This document shows, in pieces, positions 10,563 through 20,500 of a DNA stretch of 24,216 nucleotides. The notes under the pieces are model-generated. The model was not told the DNA's origin. It made no database searches and worked only from the letters and a program-made list of their open reading frames with translations. Within the stretch, counting starts at the first letter, position 1, and each line of letters opens with the position of its first letter. The stretch is from Candidatus Poribacteria bacterium (GTDB taxonomy: Bacteria > Poribacteria > WGA-4E > UBA9662): NCBI GenBank assembly GCA_036339735.1, contig JAYZAL010000081.1, positions 1 to 24,216 of the forward strand, written 5' to 3'. A program made the position numbers and the translations under genes.

Positions 10563-10594
10563 TAAGTTCGATCACTCATAGTGCATCGAACTTA
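10563..10594. repeat. Intergenic hairpin/palindrome
   Basis: TAAGTTCGAT-CACT-CAT-AGTG-C-ATCGAACTTA: 10-bp perfect outer stem, 4-bp inner stem and one bulged base. Confidence 0.6.
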
Positions 10595-10925
10595 GTTAAT
10601 GCTGAACGAGTGGTGACGGTCTAAATATTCTTTTAAATCAGGAATCTGAAATAGATTATCCTCAACTGATTCATCTATTAGAACGATTTAGTAGCCCTGC
10701 TAATACTGCTCATTTTTTTCGATTCCGATTTTATTTTTATTGAAGACGAGACAAAGTTTGGTACTTTTTTCTTTCGTCTGACTTTACATTGTTACTTGGG
10801 ATATTTACCGTCTGGGTGCTTTCGAGCATTTGTTGAGAACTTAGTGTCTAATTTATCAAAGTTCGGAATTGCTGACAATAAATAGAATTTTTATGATCAC
10901 TGAAAAACTGCTTACTTGTTAGTAG

Positions 10926-11639
10926 CTAGTCAATCATAGGAACATCTATAACTAGAAGACGTGAGTCAGTTTCGGCTGATATCTCAATTGATGAGGTGTT
11001 CCAAATACCTATGGCGTCTCTCTGATTGATTTTTTCTCCACTTATCTTAATCTCTCCTTCAAGTACAAAAACATAAACACCATTTCCTGTCTTTTTTATT
11101 TCGTAGGTTTGTTTTTTATCTCTATCGAATTCTCCCAGATAAAACCAAGCCTCTTGGTGAATCCAGGTACCGTCATCTTCAGGTATCGGAGATAATATTT
11201 GGTAGAGTTGATTTTTGATTTGCAAGTCGATTATTGAAATTTGGTCGTATCTCGGTACAACATCCTTTTTGTTAGGGATGACCCAAATTTGCAGAAATTG
11301 GACCTCACGGTTTTGGTTTTTATTGTATTCACTATGAAAAATACCTTTACCTGCACTCATTACTTGTACATCACCCTGTTGAATAATAGATCTGTTTCCC
11401 ATATTATCTTGATGCTCTAAACCTCCAGACAGTGGGATAGATATTATTTCCATGTTCTGATGTGAGTGCATACTAAAACCTTTACCAGCATCTACTCTAT
11501 CATCATTTAGTACTCTCAATGCACCAAAGTGCATCTTATCTAGATCAACATAATCAGCGAAGCTGAAACTATGGTACGATTCCAACCAGCCTAAGTTCGA
11601 AAATCCTCTATCTATCGAACGATGGACGATTTTATTCAT
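10926..11639 (-). CDS. Pirin family protein (YhhW-like quercetin 2,3-dioxygenase)
   Basis: GWLESYHSFSFADY, FGALRVLNDD, HSHQNMEII, MSAGKGIFHSEYN, FLQIW. Start placed at ATG 11639 (RBS GAGGGA) rather than TTG 11651. Confidence 0.95.
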   Translation of the reverse strand: MNKIVHRSIDRGFSNLGWLESYHSFSFADYVDLDKMHFGALRVLNDDRVDAGKGFSMHSHQNMEIISIPLSGGLEHQDNMGNRSIIQQGDVQVMSAGKGIFHSEYNKNQNREVQFLQIWVIPNKKDVVPRYDQISIIDLQIKNQLYQILSPIPEDDGTWIHQEAWFYLGEFDRDKKQTYEIKKTGNGVYVFVLEGEIKISGEKINQRDAIGIWNTSSIEISAETDSRLLVIDVPMID

Positions 11640-11748
11640 TAATTCCCTCAATTCAGTGATGGTTGTAGCTGATTTTGTTGGAAAGCAATTGAAGTAATAT
11701 GACTGGAAATTATACTTAGATCATATCATTTCAATTGCCTGACCAAGA

Positions 11749-12453
11749 TTATTCTTTTTCTGATTGATTTTTCGGAGGAACCGTAGTAGCTAACATCGAG
11801 ATTTCAATTTCTATTTCCTCACTCAGTTTCATCAATAGAAATTGAGGTACCTTAATTTGAAAATCGCTCAACTTTAAGCTAAAACTACCATCAATTTTAA
11901 GTAAATCACCGAACATATATCCAGCCTCTAACTCTTTGCTTCCTTTAAGATAAGTTACTTTGACTCTCTTCAACTGAAGATTCTTTTCTACCCCGTGCAA
12001 TGCTAAAATACCTTCTGCGTTGACGTAAGCACTTTTTCCACTTTCTAACTTTTGAGGCGTTTTTCGGTCATCTCCTTCAACTTTGACAATTTTGCTTATG
12101 GTTAAAGTTGCTTTAGGAAACTTTTCTGTTTCTAGGTATTGCTCTCTAAGATGCTCATCACGCATTGTTATTCCGGTCTTGATACTTGCTAGGTCGATCT
12201 CAAATGAGGCCTTCAAATTCTTGGTGATATCATCGGGATCAACAATAGTTTTTCCTGTGATCTGACTGGTCGTTCCAACAATAGTTTCTAAAGGAGCCTT
12301 AGACTTAAATTGGAATAAATCTTTGGAGTCGTAGATGTGGAAAGTGACTTTTGATTGATGATGATCAGCTGATATATTGACCAAAAGTGTAAAGAATAAA
12401 ACCAGATACAATGCAAGATGTAATACTTGTTTGTTAATTTTGTAATTGAACAT
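11749..12453 (-). CDS. YceI family (polyisoprenoid-binding) secreted protein
   Basis: IDLASIKTGITMRDEHLREQYLETEKFPKAT, GILALHGVEK, LSDFQI; signal peptide; start at ATG 12453 with RBS AGGAGA. Confidence 0.9.
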   Translation of the reverse strand: MFNYKINKQVLHLALYLVLFFTLLVNISADHHQSKVTFHIYDSKDLFQFKSKAPLETIVGTTSQITGKTIVDPDDITKNLKASFEIDLASIKTGITMRDEHLREQYLETEKFPKATLTISKIVKVEGDDRKTPQKLESGKSAYVNAEGILALHGVEKNLQLKRVKVTYLKGSKELEAGYMFGDLLKIDGSFSLKLSDFQIKVPQFLLMKLSEEIEIEISMLATTVPPKNQSEKE

Positions 12454-12545
12454 TAAATATTCTCCTGTGAACGAAATAACTGGCAAGCCAGGTAAAATTT
12501 GATTTTAAAACGGCGCAAATTGTACTTTTAAAGTTTTTTGTTGTC

Positions 12546-12606
12546 AAGTACCTACTTTTTTGTTATATTGTATTTGTAAAGTGATTTACTTACTAAAAGT
12601 ATACTA
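12546..12606. promoter_or_regulatory. Divergent promoter region with candidate HxlR-family operator
   Basis: AAGTAcctACTT (12546-12557) and TACTTACTAAAAGTATACTA (12587-12606), both TACT/AGTA-type palindromic elements, lie between the divergent yceI and hxlR genes. Confidence 0.4.
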
Positions 12607-12618
12607 TAGGTGGTGTAA

Positions 12619-12975
12619 ATGCCAATTGGTGGAAATGATCAAGTAACCGTTGTCAAGGAATCGGAATGTGGCGTAACAATAACGATGCAAGTCATAGGTG
12701 GTAAGTGGAAGATGCCAATTATCCATACTCTATCTAATGGTTTACAAAGATTTAGTGCTCTCAAACGTTTGATTCCAGATGTAACACAGAAAATGCTGGT
12801 ACAGCAATTGAGAGAGTTGGAAAGCCATGGAATCGTAAATCGGAAAGTTTATGCGGTAGTTCCACCTAAGGTTGAATATTCTTTGACTGAATATGGAAAG
12901 ACGCTAGCACCGATCCTCGAGTTAATGCATCAGTGGGGAGAGAAGCACGCATCAAAAACGAAGGAGATTAGCTAA
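12619..12975 (+). CDS. HxlR/DUF24 (MarR-type winged helix) transcriptional regulator
   Basis: [61 protein letters not shown]-terminal Cys as in thiol/quinone sensors. Confidence 0.95.
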   Translation: MPIGGNDQVTVVKESECGVTITMQVIGGKWKMPIIHTLSNGLQRFSALKRLIPDVTQKMLVQQLRELESHGIVNRKVYAVVPPKVEYSLTEYGKTLAPILELMHQWGEKHASKTKEIS

Positions 12976-14015
12976 GAAAATTATGTTTTGACTGTTTTTA
13001 TCAAGCAAGATGGAATATTTAATGTGGCGCCTATTTACTATTTTTCGTGTCAATTTCTGAGTTTTTATGATATTAGCATGGTATCAAGATAAATAAATTG
13101 CCTGATATCAATAGACTTATTTTTGGTATAGATAAGGTTTCTGACAGATCGACACAACTCAATAATAATATCTTTAAAATCATCCACGGCCAATTTAATC
13201 ATAGATATTAGTAGACATGGAGTAACGGTCAACGTAGCTTTAAGACGAAATAACCTCGTGAAAATAAGGCACAATATTTGTTTCACAAGCAAGAAGATTT
13301 GGTTTAGTACTTCATGGCTATTCTCTTGAGTGAGGTAAGCAGTAAGACTTATTAGTTCAATTTCTACTTTAGCTTGGTCAAGATGGATCTTGTTAGCATT
13401 AAATTCTGGTAAAGACTGAAAACTGGCTTAATAGCGCAGGGATGAAAATATTAGTATTCTACATTCTCTGAAAACGTTGAAGAATCAACACTAGCTGGTA
13501 AGATACGTAATATAAAAATGAGCAGTAACTAAGAAAAAAATAAATGGATAGCTGCAACCAGTGCTTGATAAAAACCTTCAATTTTTGATTTTTAGAATTA
13601 GGTGTTTTTTCAGTTATACAGGGCAGACGGAATTTTTTTCGATATAACCTAGTATTTTTGACTTTGCCTGCTTAGTTTTCCTTTTGTGATTATATTTTTT
13701 TCGTTCTGATTTTTTCTGGCTAGTCAATATGGTCTGCAGATTTGGCATAACAACATTAAAACCATAATACCACGTGTATCTATTTGGTTCGGACAATGAA
13801 TACCCAAAGAACGCAAATAGATATGCCAGACAGCCATAGACTATCTAGTTGGCAAAGTGATTTTGTTTTATCTGAGATTGACAATCAGTCAGAGATTTGA
13901 TTGTGGGAACACACTTCCAATTGTAAGTTATGGTACCCTCTCTGTCCTTAAGATAATCAGGAATCTACCACTGTAACTAGCAGGCGACTTCGCCAATGTA
14001 TCAAACAAGACAGAC

Positions 14016-14642
14016 ATGACAAAGAGAAAGAGGATGTTAGAGATGAAGGAGAAGCCTAGATTGTCCTTAAATTTCAAAACCAATTTTAATCAGTTTGTCA
14101 ATCCTCCTGAGATAATATGTGAAAGGTTAAGTGGTGATGAACAAATTCCCAACAATCAAAAGTTACCACTTTTGGTGTACTCAAAGGCTTTAGATACTTC
14201 AAATAGTAATTTGGTATCTATCTGTGAGTCATTATTCATTACAAACGGATGGCAGGGTTCTTGGCGGAATGGTATTTTCAGCTACCACCATTACCACAGT
14301 ATGGCACACGAAGTTCTCGGTGTTTGCGTGGGTGAAGCTAAAGTCCAATTTGGAGGCAAAAATGGCATAATATTACCCATCGCTTCCGGTGACGTGGTAA
14401 TAATTCCAGCAGGTGTAGGGCATAAAAATTTGGGTGCAAGTCCTGATTTGTGTGTAGTAGGAGCTTATCCACCCAATCAAATGCCTGATATCTGTGATGA
14501 TAAAACCATGGTCAACCCAGATGATAGATTACAGATTATTCAGAATATCGCACAAACAAGCATACCATTGACCGACCCAGTTTATGGTACAAATGGACCA
14601 CTATTAAAATACTGGCAGAATTCAAAGAGACATACTATATAA
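14016..14642 (+). CDS. Cupin domain protein (YjlB-like)
   Basis: IPNNQKLPLLVY, NGWQGSWRNGIFSYHHYHSMAHEVLGV, GDVVIIPAGVGHKN, VGAYP, DPVYG. The true start may be downstream (e.g. ATG 14043). Confidence 0.9.
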   Translation: MTKRKRMLEMKEKPRLSLNFKTNFNQFVNPPEIICERLSGDEQIPNNQKLPLLVYSKALDTSNSNLVSICESLFITNGWQGSWRNGIFSYHHYHSMAHEVLGVCVGEAKVQFGGKNGIILPIASGDVVIIPAGVGHKNLGASPDLCVVGAYPPNQMPDICDDKTMVNPDDRLQIIQNIAQTSIPLTDPVYGTNGPLLKYWQNSKRHTI

Positions 14643-15050
14643 AAAATTCTAACCTATTTGTGCTGATGGGCCGGCAAACTCAAAACTATTATACTAATTA
14701 ATTTTTTGCCTGTTTACTTTCATTAGGCGAATCTTCCAACCTGATTTTTAAAAAATTGTTACCTTGGTTATTAGAGTTTTGTCTGAAGGGGGACTAAATT
14801 AAATAATCCGGTCTCGATCAAACCTTCAGAATCGAATTTTTTCGGTTAACTTTTCGCCGTCGGAAGCGTCTGCCAAGTGCTTCTGGGATAGTAAATCCTA
14901 GGATAGAAAGTAAAATAGATTGGCCAAGTACAAAATAAACTGAGCCAGATAAGAAGATACATTCTGACATATTGTTACTGTTTGTTTTTCAATAATAACT
15001 GTAAAGCGGAGTATGCGTAAATCAAAATTTATGACAAGGCAACAAGATAA

Positions 15051-16379
15051 ATGAATCTACGTCCTGGTGGATACTACGAAGTCTTAAAGTTGGCTTACCC
15101 GATTGTGATATCTATGGTTTCTCTAACAGTTATGACCTTTGTAGATACAGCTATGGTCGGTCGGCTTGGAACTTCTCAAATGGCCGCAGTTGGCCTAGCA
15201 GGGATTACGACGTGGACTATACTTTCTTTCTTTAGTGGCTTGCTAACATGCATCAACACTTTTGTGGCTCAACACTATGGTGCTAACCAACCTAGGATGG
15301 TAGCCGTTATAACTTGGCAAGGCTTGTATATAGCTTTTGGGTCATATTTACTTCTGATTCTAGTTAGCCAATTTGCTCCTTATCTTTTCGTTTTGATGAA
15401 GCCATCATTAGAAGTACAACAACTCGGTACCACTTATATCCAGATTCGGCTATTTGGAGGCATCGGGCCTCTTATCTATTTTACTATGTCCAGTTATTTT
15501 CGAGGTATTGGAGATACTAGGACTCCAATGTGGATTGAAATTTTTGCAAATTTGACTAATATGGTTTTCGATTATCTATTGATTTTCGGTAAATTTGGAT
15601 TTCCTCGTCTGGAAGTTGAAGGAGCCGCTATTGCTACAGTTATCTCCGGAGTTTTAGCCGCTATTATTTACCTTTTAATTTTTTTATCAAAAAGATATGA
15701 TCGGAAATTTCAAGTAAGGAGTCTTTTTCAATTTCGACTGTCTGAAGTTGGTAGATTAATGAAGGTTGGCTTACCAATGGGCATTCAGGGAGTACTTGAT
15801 GTAGGAAGTTTTACTGTTTTTTCTGCTATGATTGGCCGTATGGGCAACTCAGAATTAGCTGCAAATACAGCCGCAATAACTCTGCTTCATACGTCTTTTA
15901 TGCCACTGATAGGCATTTCGCTAGCAGCTACAACTTTAGTAGGGCAATATATTGGTTCTAATCAATATACAAATGCACGAGAAAGTGGTTATACTGCAAT
16001 TAAAGTTGGGGTGGCCTACACTAGTATTATGGCTCTTCTCTTCTTTTGTTTACCAAATACGCTTCTATCCCTAGTTACTGATGACCCAAATGTAATAACA
16101 CTGGGGCGTAAGATCCTATTTTTAGCTGCGATTTTTCAAGTTTCGGATGGTTGTGGAATTTGCTCCAGTGGTGCATTAAAAGGTGCAGGTGATACACTTT
16201 TTACTATGGTCGTTGGTATTAGCTACGGATGGTTACTATTCTTACCACTTTCTTACTGGTTAGCAGGCCGCCACGGTTTATCTGGGGCATGGGCAGGCGC
16301 AACGGTTTACATTATCTTGTTGGGAATCACTTATTTCTTACGCTTTCGAAGCAACAGGTGGGAGAAACTCCAGATATAA
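15051..16379 (+). CDS. MATE family efflux transporter (NorM/DinF-like)
   Basis: LAYPIVIS..FVDTAMVGRLG, RGIGDTRTPM, FGKFGFPRLEVEGAAIAT, GALKGAGDT; multiple hydrophobic segments. Confidence 0.95.
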   Translation: MNLRPGGYYEVLKLAYPIVISMVSLTVMTFVDTAMVGRLGTSQMAAVGLAGITTWTILSFFSGLLTCINTFVAQHYGANQPRMVAVITWQGLYIAFGSYLLLILVSQFAPYLFVLMKPSLEVQQLGTTYIQIRLFGGIGPLIYFTMSSYFRGIGDTRTPMWIEIFANLTNMVFDYLLIFGKFGFPRLEVEGAAIATVISGVLAAIIYLLIFLSKRYDRKFQVRSLFQFRLSEVGRLMKVGLPMGIQGVLDVGSFTVFSAMIGRMGNSELAANTAAITLLHTSFMPLIGISLAATTLVGQYIGSNQYTNARESGYTAIKVGVAYTSIMALLFFCLPNTLLSLVTDDPNVITLGRKILFLAAIFQVSDGCGICSSGALKGAGDTLFTMVVGISYGWLLFLPLSYWLAGRHGLSGAWAGATVYIILLGITYFLRFRSNRWEKLQI

Positions 16380-16883
16380 TCTATTCACAATAACTCAGAT
16401 CCACAGCCTACCTTCTTCTCCTCTCAGACTGATTCTAATCATTCAGATCTCGATTACCAACAGCTTAAACTTCAAACCCTTCAACTTTGGCAAGATCAAC
16501 ACCAACAATTAGGTAACCCCCTGTCCTCCAACGCTGATCTTTATCAGATCATGCGACAGGATCATCCTCTCGGTATTGATGCTTTCGTCTCTCAGGCTTG
16601 CCAGTTAAGTCCTCATGTTAACCCCATTCAAGCCCTTCAGCTGCTTCAAGAGTGCATTAAAATCATGCCTCAAACTGTTGGTAATGGCCGCTCCATTGGA
16701 AGTCCTGGCTGGTTCCTCCTCTCTATCTCCGATTCCTTCTTCAAGCGGGCCTGGGCCAATACCTTCGACTTTATGCCCCTCTATTGGCAACAACATCAAA
16801 ATACCGCTCCTCATCCCCGGTCGCTCCAACCCGTTACTCGAGTCCGTAATCGCTCGGGTAAACCCCGTTCTTCTCACTTTTAA
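16380..16883 (+). pseudogene. 5'-truncated remnant of a foreign gene of unknown function (open frame of 167 codons)
   Basis: The frame of track ORF 16551..16883 stays open back to 16380, directly after the MATE TAA. Abrupt shift to C/T-rich, G-poor sequence with mostly pyrimidine-ending codons; no start or RBS at the 5' edge. Confidence 0.45.
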
Positions 16884-17559
16884 ACCACAATAACCGGATT
16901 CTAAACTCAAATTAAATTAATCACCAAACCCCTTTTAAAATCGTTTTAAAACCCGTTTACTTGGTCCAGTAATTTCAGCTTCAAACTCCAAAAAATTGAA
17001 CTTTAATCTCTGATTAGCTTAACAATGTCCCCCGCATTGCTGGGTATTGTTACTCTTTTTGACCCTTTTTGACTCTAAAATCCCTCCTGCCTGTCTTTTG
17101 CACCGTCATTTTTTTCAGATGGGTAGGTCATTAGACTGGAAAAGTACAGGTTTTTGCTGGTTAGACCTTTCTAGGTCTTATTTTTCTCTAATCAAGGTTG
17201 GATTTCTTCCGCTTTTGCCAAGCTTTTGGACCGCGATATTTCCCGCATATTGAGACCCTCCCAAATCAGACACCTAAACCTAACCAAATCCCAAATTAGT
17301 TGTTGACGCTCCCCTCTGTTACTGATTTTTCTAATCTTTAACTAATCTTTAAATTGATCATCTTTCGATTTCGGGGCCTCAAACCTTGACCAAAGGTTTC
17401 AAATTCAAAATAGATCATTTTTGATAGCGCAACAAGCTGAATTAGGGTTTAATGTTTTATAACTTTTGTTTTCCAGTCGATTCTGTCATACTGACTTTTT
17501 GTCAACAAAAATAAGTGGTTTCCGATCAGGTTATTTTTTGTACAGTATGGGGTAAGTTT

Positions 17560-20500
17560 ATGAAATTCTACTTATGTACCTTAATTATTCTTTCTTGCCT
17601 CACTTTCTCATATAGCCAAGATGAGTGGCGTCAATTTACAACTCGAGATGGTATGAGTGGCGATAATATCTTGTCAATTCAACAATCGAAATCAGGTGAT
17701 ATTTGGATTGCAACAGATAAGGGGTTAGACCGTTTCGCTGGTACTTTTGAAAACTATATTACTTCTGCTAAGAAGTTTTCTCATTTAGACTTGTTTGAAT
17801 CCTCAACTGGACAGCTAATTGTCAATGTAGTAGATCATATTAACGATTGGACTACCACTAGAACTGTATACTTTTTTGATGGACAAGAGTGGGATGACCC
17901 CGACTTCAATAAGAATGTCCGGGTTTCCACTCTGCCGGAGTTTGCGGTCGCTTTTGACGAAAAAATTTGGCTGGCAACTTTCCAGGGCTTACTCGGATTT
18001 GACGGGCAAAATTGGCAATTGTTTGATGGTATGGTAGGTAGTATCAAGGGCCGAATTGACTGGTTAGTCAAAACACCCGATGGACGATTGTGGTCAGCCA
18101 ACCGGCATAAAGGAATAATCAGTTTCGATGGCACTAGATGGAATGTCGAATTCAAAGATAACTTTGTTATTGATCATTCTTCTGTCAACACAGCTTACGC
18201 TGATGATAGAGGACATATTCTAATTGGAACCGACGAAGGATTATTTCGATTAGACCCAACACTAAATACTGTAACAAATATGGGGTTAGGCCAGACCAAT
18301 ATCAGTCAAATCTATCAGTCCAAAACTGGTCATCTTTGGGTTTTGACTGATAAAGGCCTATTTCGGTTTGGCGATAATGAATGGGTTGAACACCTAAAAA
18401 CTGAAGATCAGACTCGTGTGTTTAGCGACATATTAGAACAATCAAATGGTGAAATATTGGTCGGAACTGATAACGGTTTGTTCTCTTATAATGGCTCACA
18501 ATGGCAACAAAGGCTGTTCGTCCCAGTTAATTGTATTTACTTGCTTAATGATGGGATTTTGATGGTGGGAAGCACCAGTGGTCTTTTTGTTTTTTCGCCA
18601 GATCCAGTTCCAAAAACTGCTTTGAATGGAATAAGTGTGATTGATATTCATCAGGCCGCAGACGGCAAAATATGGCTAAACTCGGATCAGTCAATCTCCT
18701 ATTTTGACGGTCGTGAATGGGTCCACTTCACCGAAGGTGTTAATAATAGCGGCGCCAGAGGTAGAATATTATCTGACGGAAACGGCAGGGTATGGTTTTC
18801 AAGGAGGAATGGCTTGTATGTTTATGATAACCAGACGATATTCCAGACACTTGGATCGCGCCAATACGACTTTATGGAGGCTAGTGATGGCCAAATCTGG
18901 TCCATTGGGGGTGGTAACCTTACGAGTTATGATGGAACCAAGTGGATTGACCACAAAGAGAATTGGCCTGATACAGGAAGTCCATCCTGGGCGCTTGCTG
19001 AGGACGCAAATGGAGATGTCTGGGTTGGAGGTGGAGTGAACCCCACCGATGGTTTATATCGATTTGATGGACAGAAATGGGAGCTAGTACTGACGAAAGC
19101 TGAAACCGGTGGAGGTATAGAAACCTTGTTTCTCAGTTCTGATGACACACTATGGGCTGGATCTTGGAAGGGTGGGATTTTTAAGAAAGACAAAAATGAC
19201 GATTGGGTTCAGGTCTTGGAAGAAGGCCACATTTGTTCTTTTTATGAATCCGAGAATGGTCAATTGTTTGCCGTTGTTCCATCCGGAGGTCTCCTGCAAT
19301 GGAATGGAGAAACATGGTCTCGGCATCTCAGTTTTGATAAAAGTATTAGTATAAGTATCCAGAGCGGTGTCAGTTTTGTCGAACATCCTGTCGGTGTTTA
19401 CTGGTTGGCTACTACTAATAGTGGTTTAATGCGGATCGAAGACGATTCCTGGACTTTTCTGACGACAGCCGATGGCTTACCGAGTAACAAAGTTTATTCA
19501 GTGGCTAAGGATTCTGAGGGAAATATTTGGGCTGCTACTGAGTTTGGGGCTTATGTCATCGAAAACAGAAAACATCTACACCCTCCTTCGATTAAGATCT
19601 CGAGAATTGATGATAGTGAATTCCGGGACTCTGCATACGTGACTGGGCGTTCTTTCGTCTCTGTGACCTGGATCAGTGGAGATATACAAACATCCGCCGA
19701 ACGAATAACGTATCAATACAAATCTGAATCTTTAGACTCTGACCAGGAACCGGTCTCATGGTCACCTTTGATACGGGAAAATACAGTAACAATCGGTTTA
19801 CCTGATGGTCAGCACCGGTTCTCTGTACGTGCGATTGATCATCATTTCAACGTTAGTACTGTGGATTCGGCTGATATCATAGTTAAGACCCAAACACCAT
19901 ATCTGTCTATTAAAAATCTGTCCTCCGGAGATATCATCAGCGGGGACATCTATATTAAAGGCCAAGTTAAGGACGATGATTTTAGATCTTTTCAGCTATT
20001 TATCTCTGATACAGATTTGACGACCACGCCAATTTTGTTAGACGATTCTGAGAAAAAAGGTCCATATCAGTTAATCTTTCAATCTAATGTTAAGCCCCGA
20101 ACCGAAACGTTGGCTCTCTTCAGAACTACCAAGTGGAATGATGGGGAGTACTTGCTATGGTTGACAGCACAAGATCAGACGCAGCACTCAAGCTTTGTTA
20201 AATTGAAAATCCGGACAGATAACACCCTTCCTACGGTTGAAATATTGACGCCGGAGAACAATCAACGTGTCTTAAACAAAATCACTATTTCCGGGGTCGC
20301 CAGTGATTTTCATTTGGATGGCTATCGTCTGGATTACACGACCGACTTATCAAGTAATGATTGGGACCAGATTTACGTTGAAAATGACCTCTACCAAGCG
20401 AACAAAAAAAATCTACTAAATCCATCGGAACTACAACCGATTGAAATCCAACGGGAATGGGAGATTCCAATTAAAGAAGGAACCATTTGGATTCGGCTGT

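Noticed and set aside
13065-13830. Minus-strand open stretches that might be an IS4-like transposase remnant
   Set aside because: No DDE motif, terminal inverted repeats or target duplication could be identified; resemblance is too weak to call.
14780-14905. Several hairpins upstream of the MATE gene as a possible riboswitch
   Set aside because: No conserved motif of a riboswitch class I recognise; an Rfam search would be needed.
16605-16910. Alternative overlapping ORFs 16605..16910 (-) and 16615..16893 (+)
   Set aside because: Best explained as by-products of the biased composition; the 16380-16883 frame has the more coding-like codon pattern.
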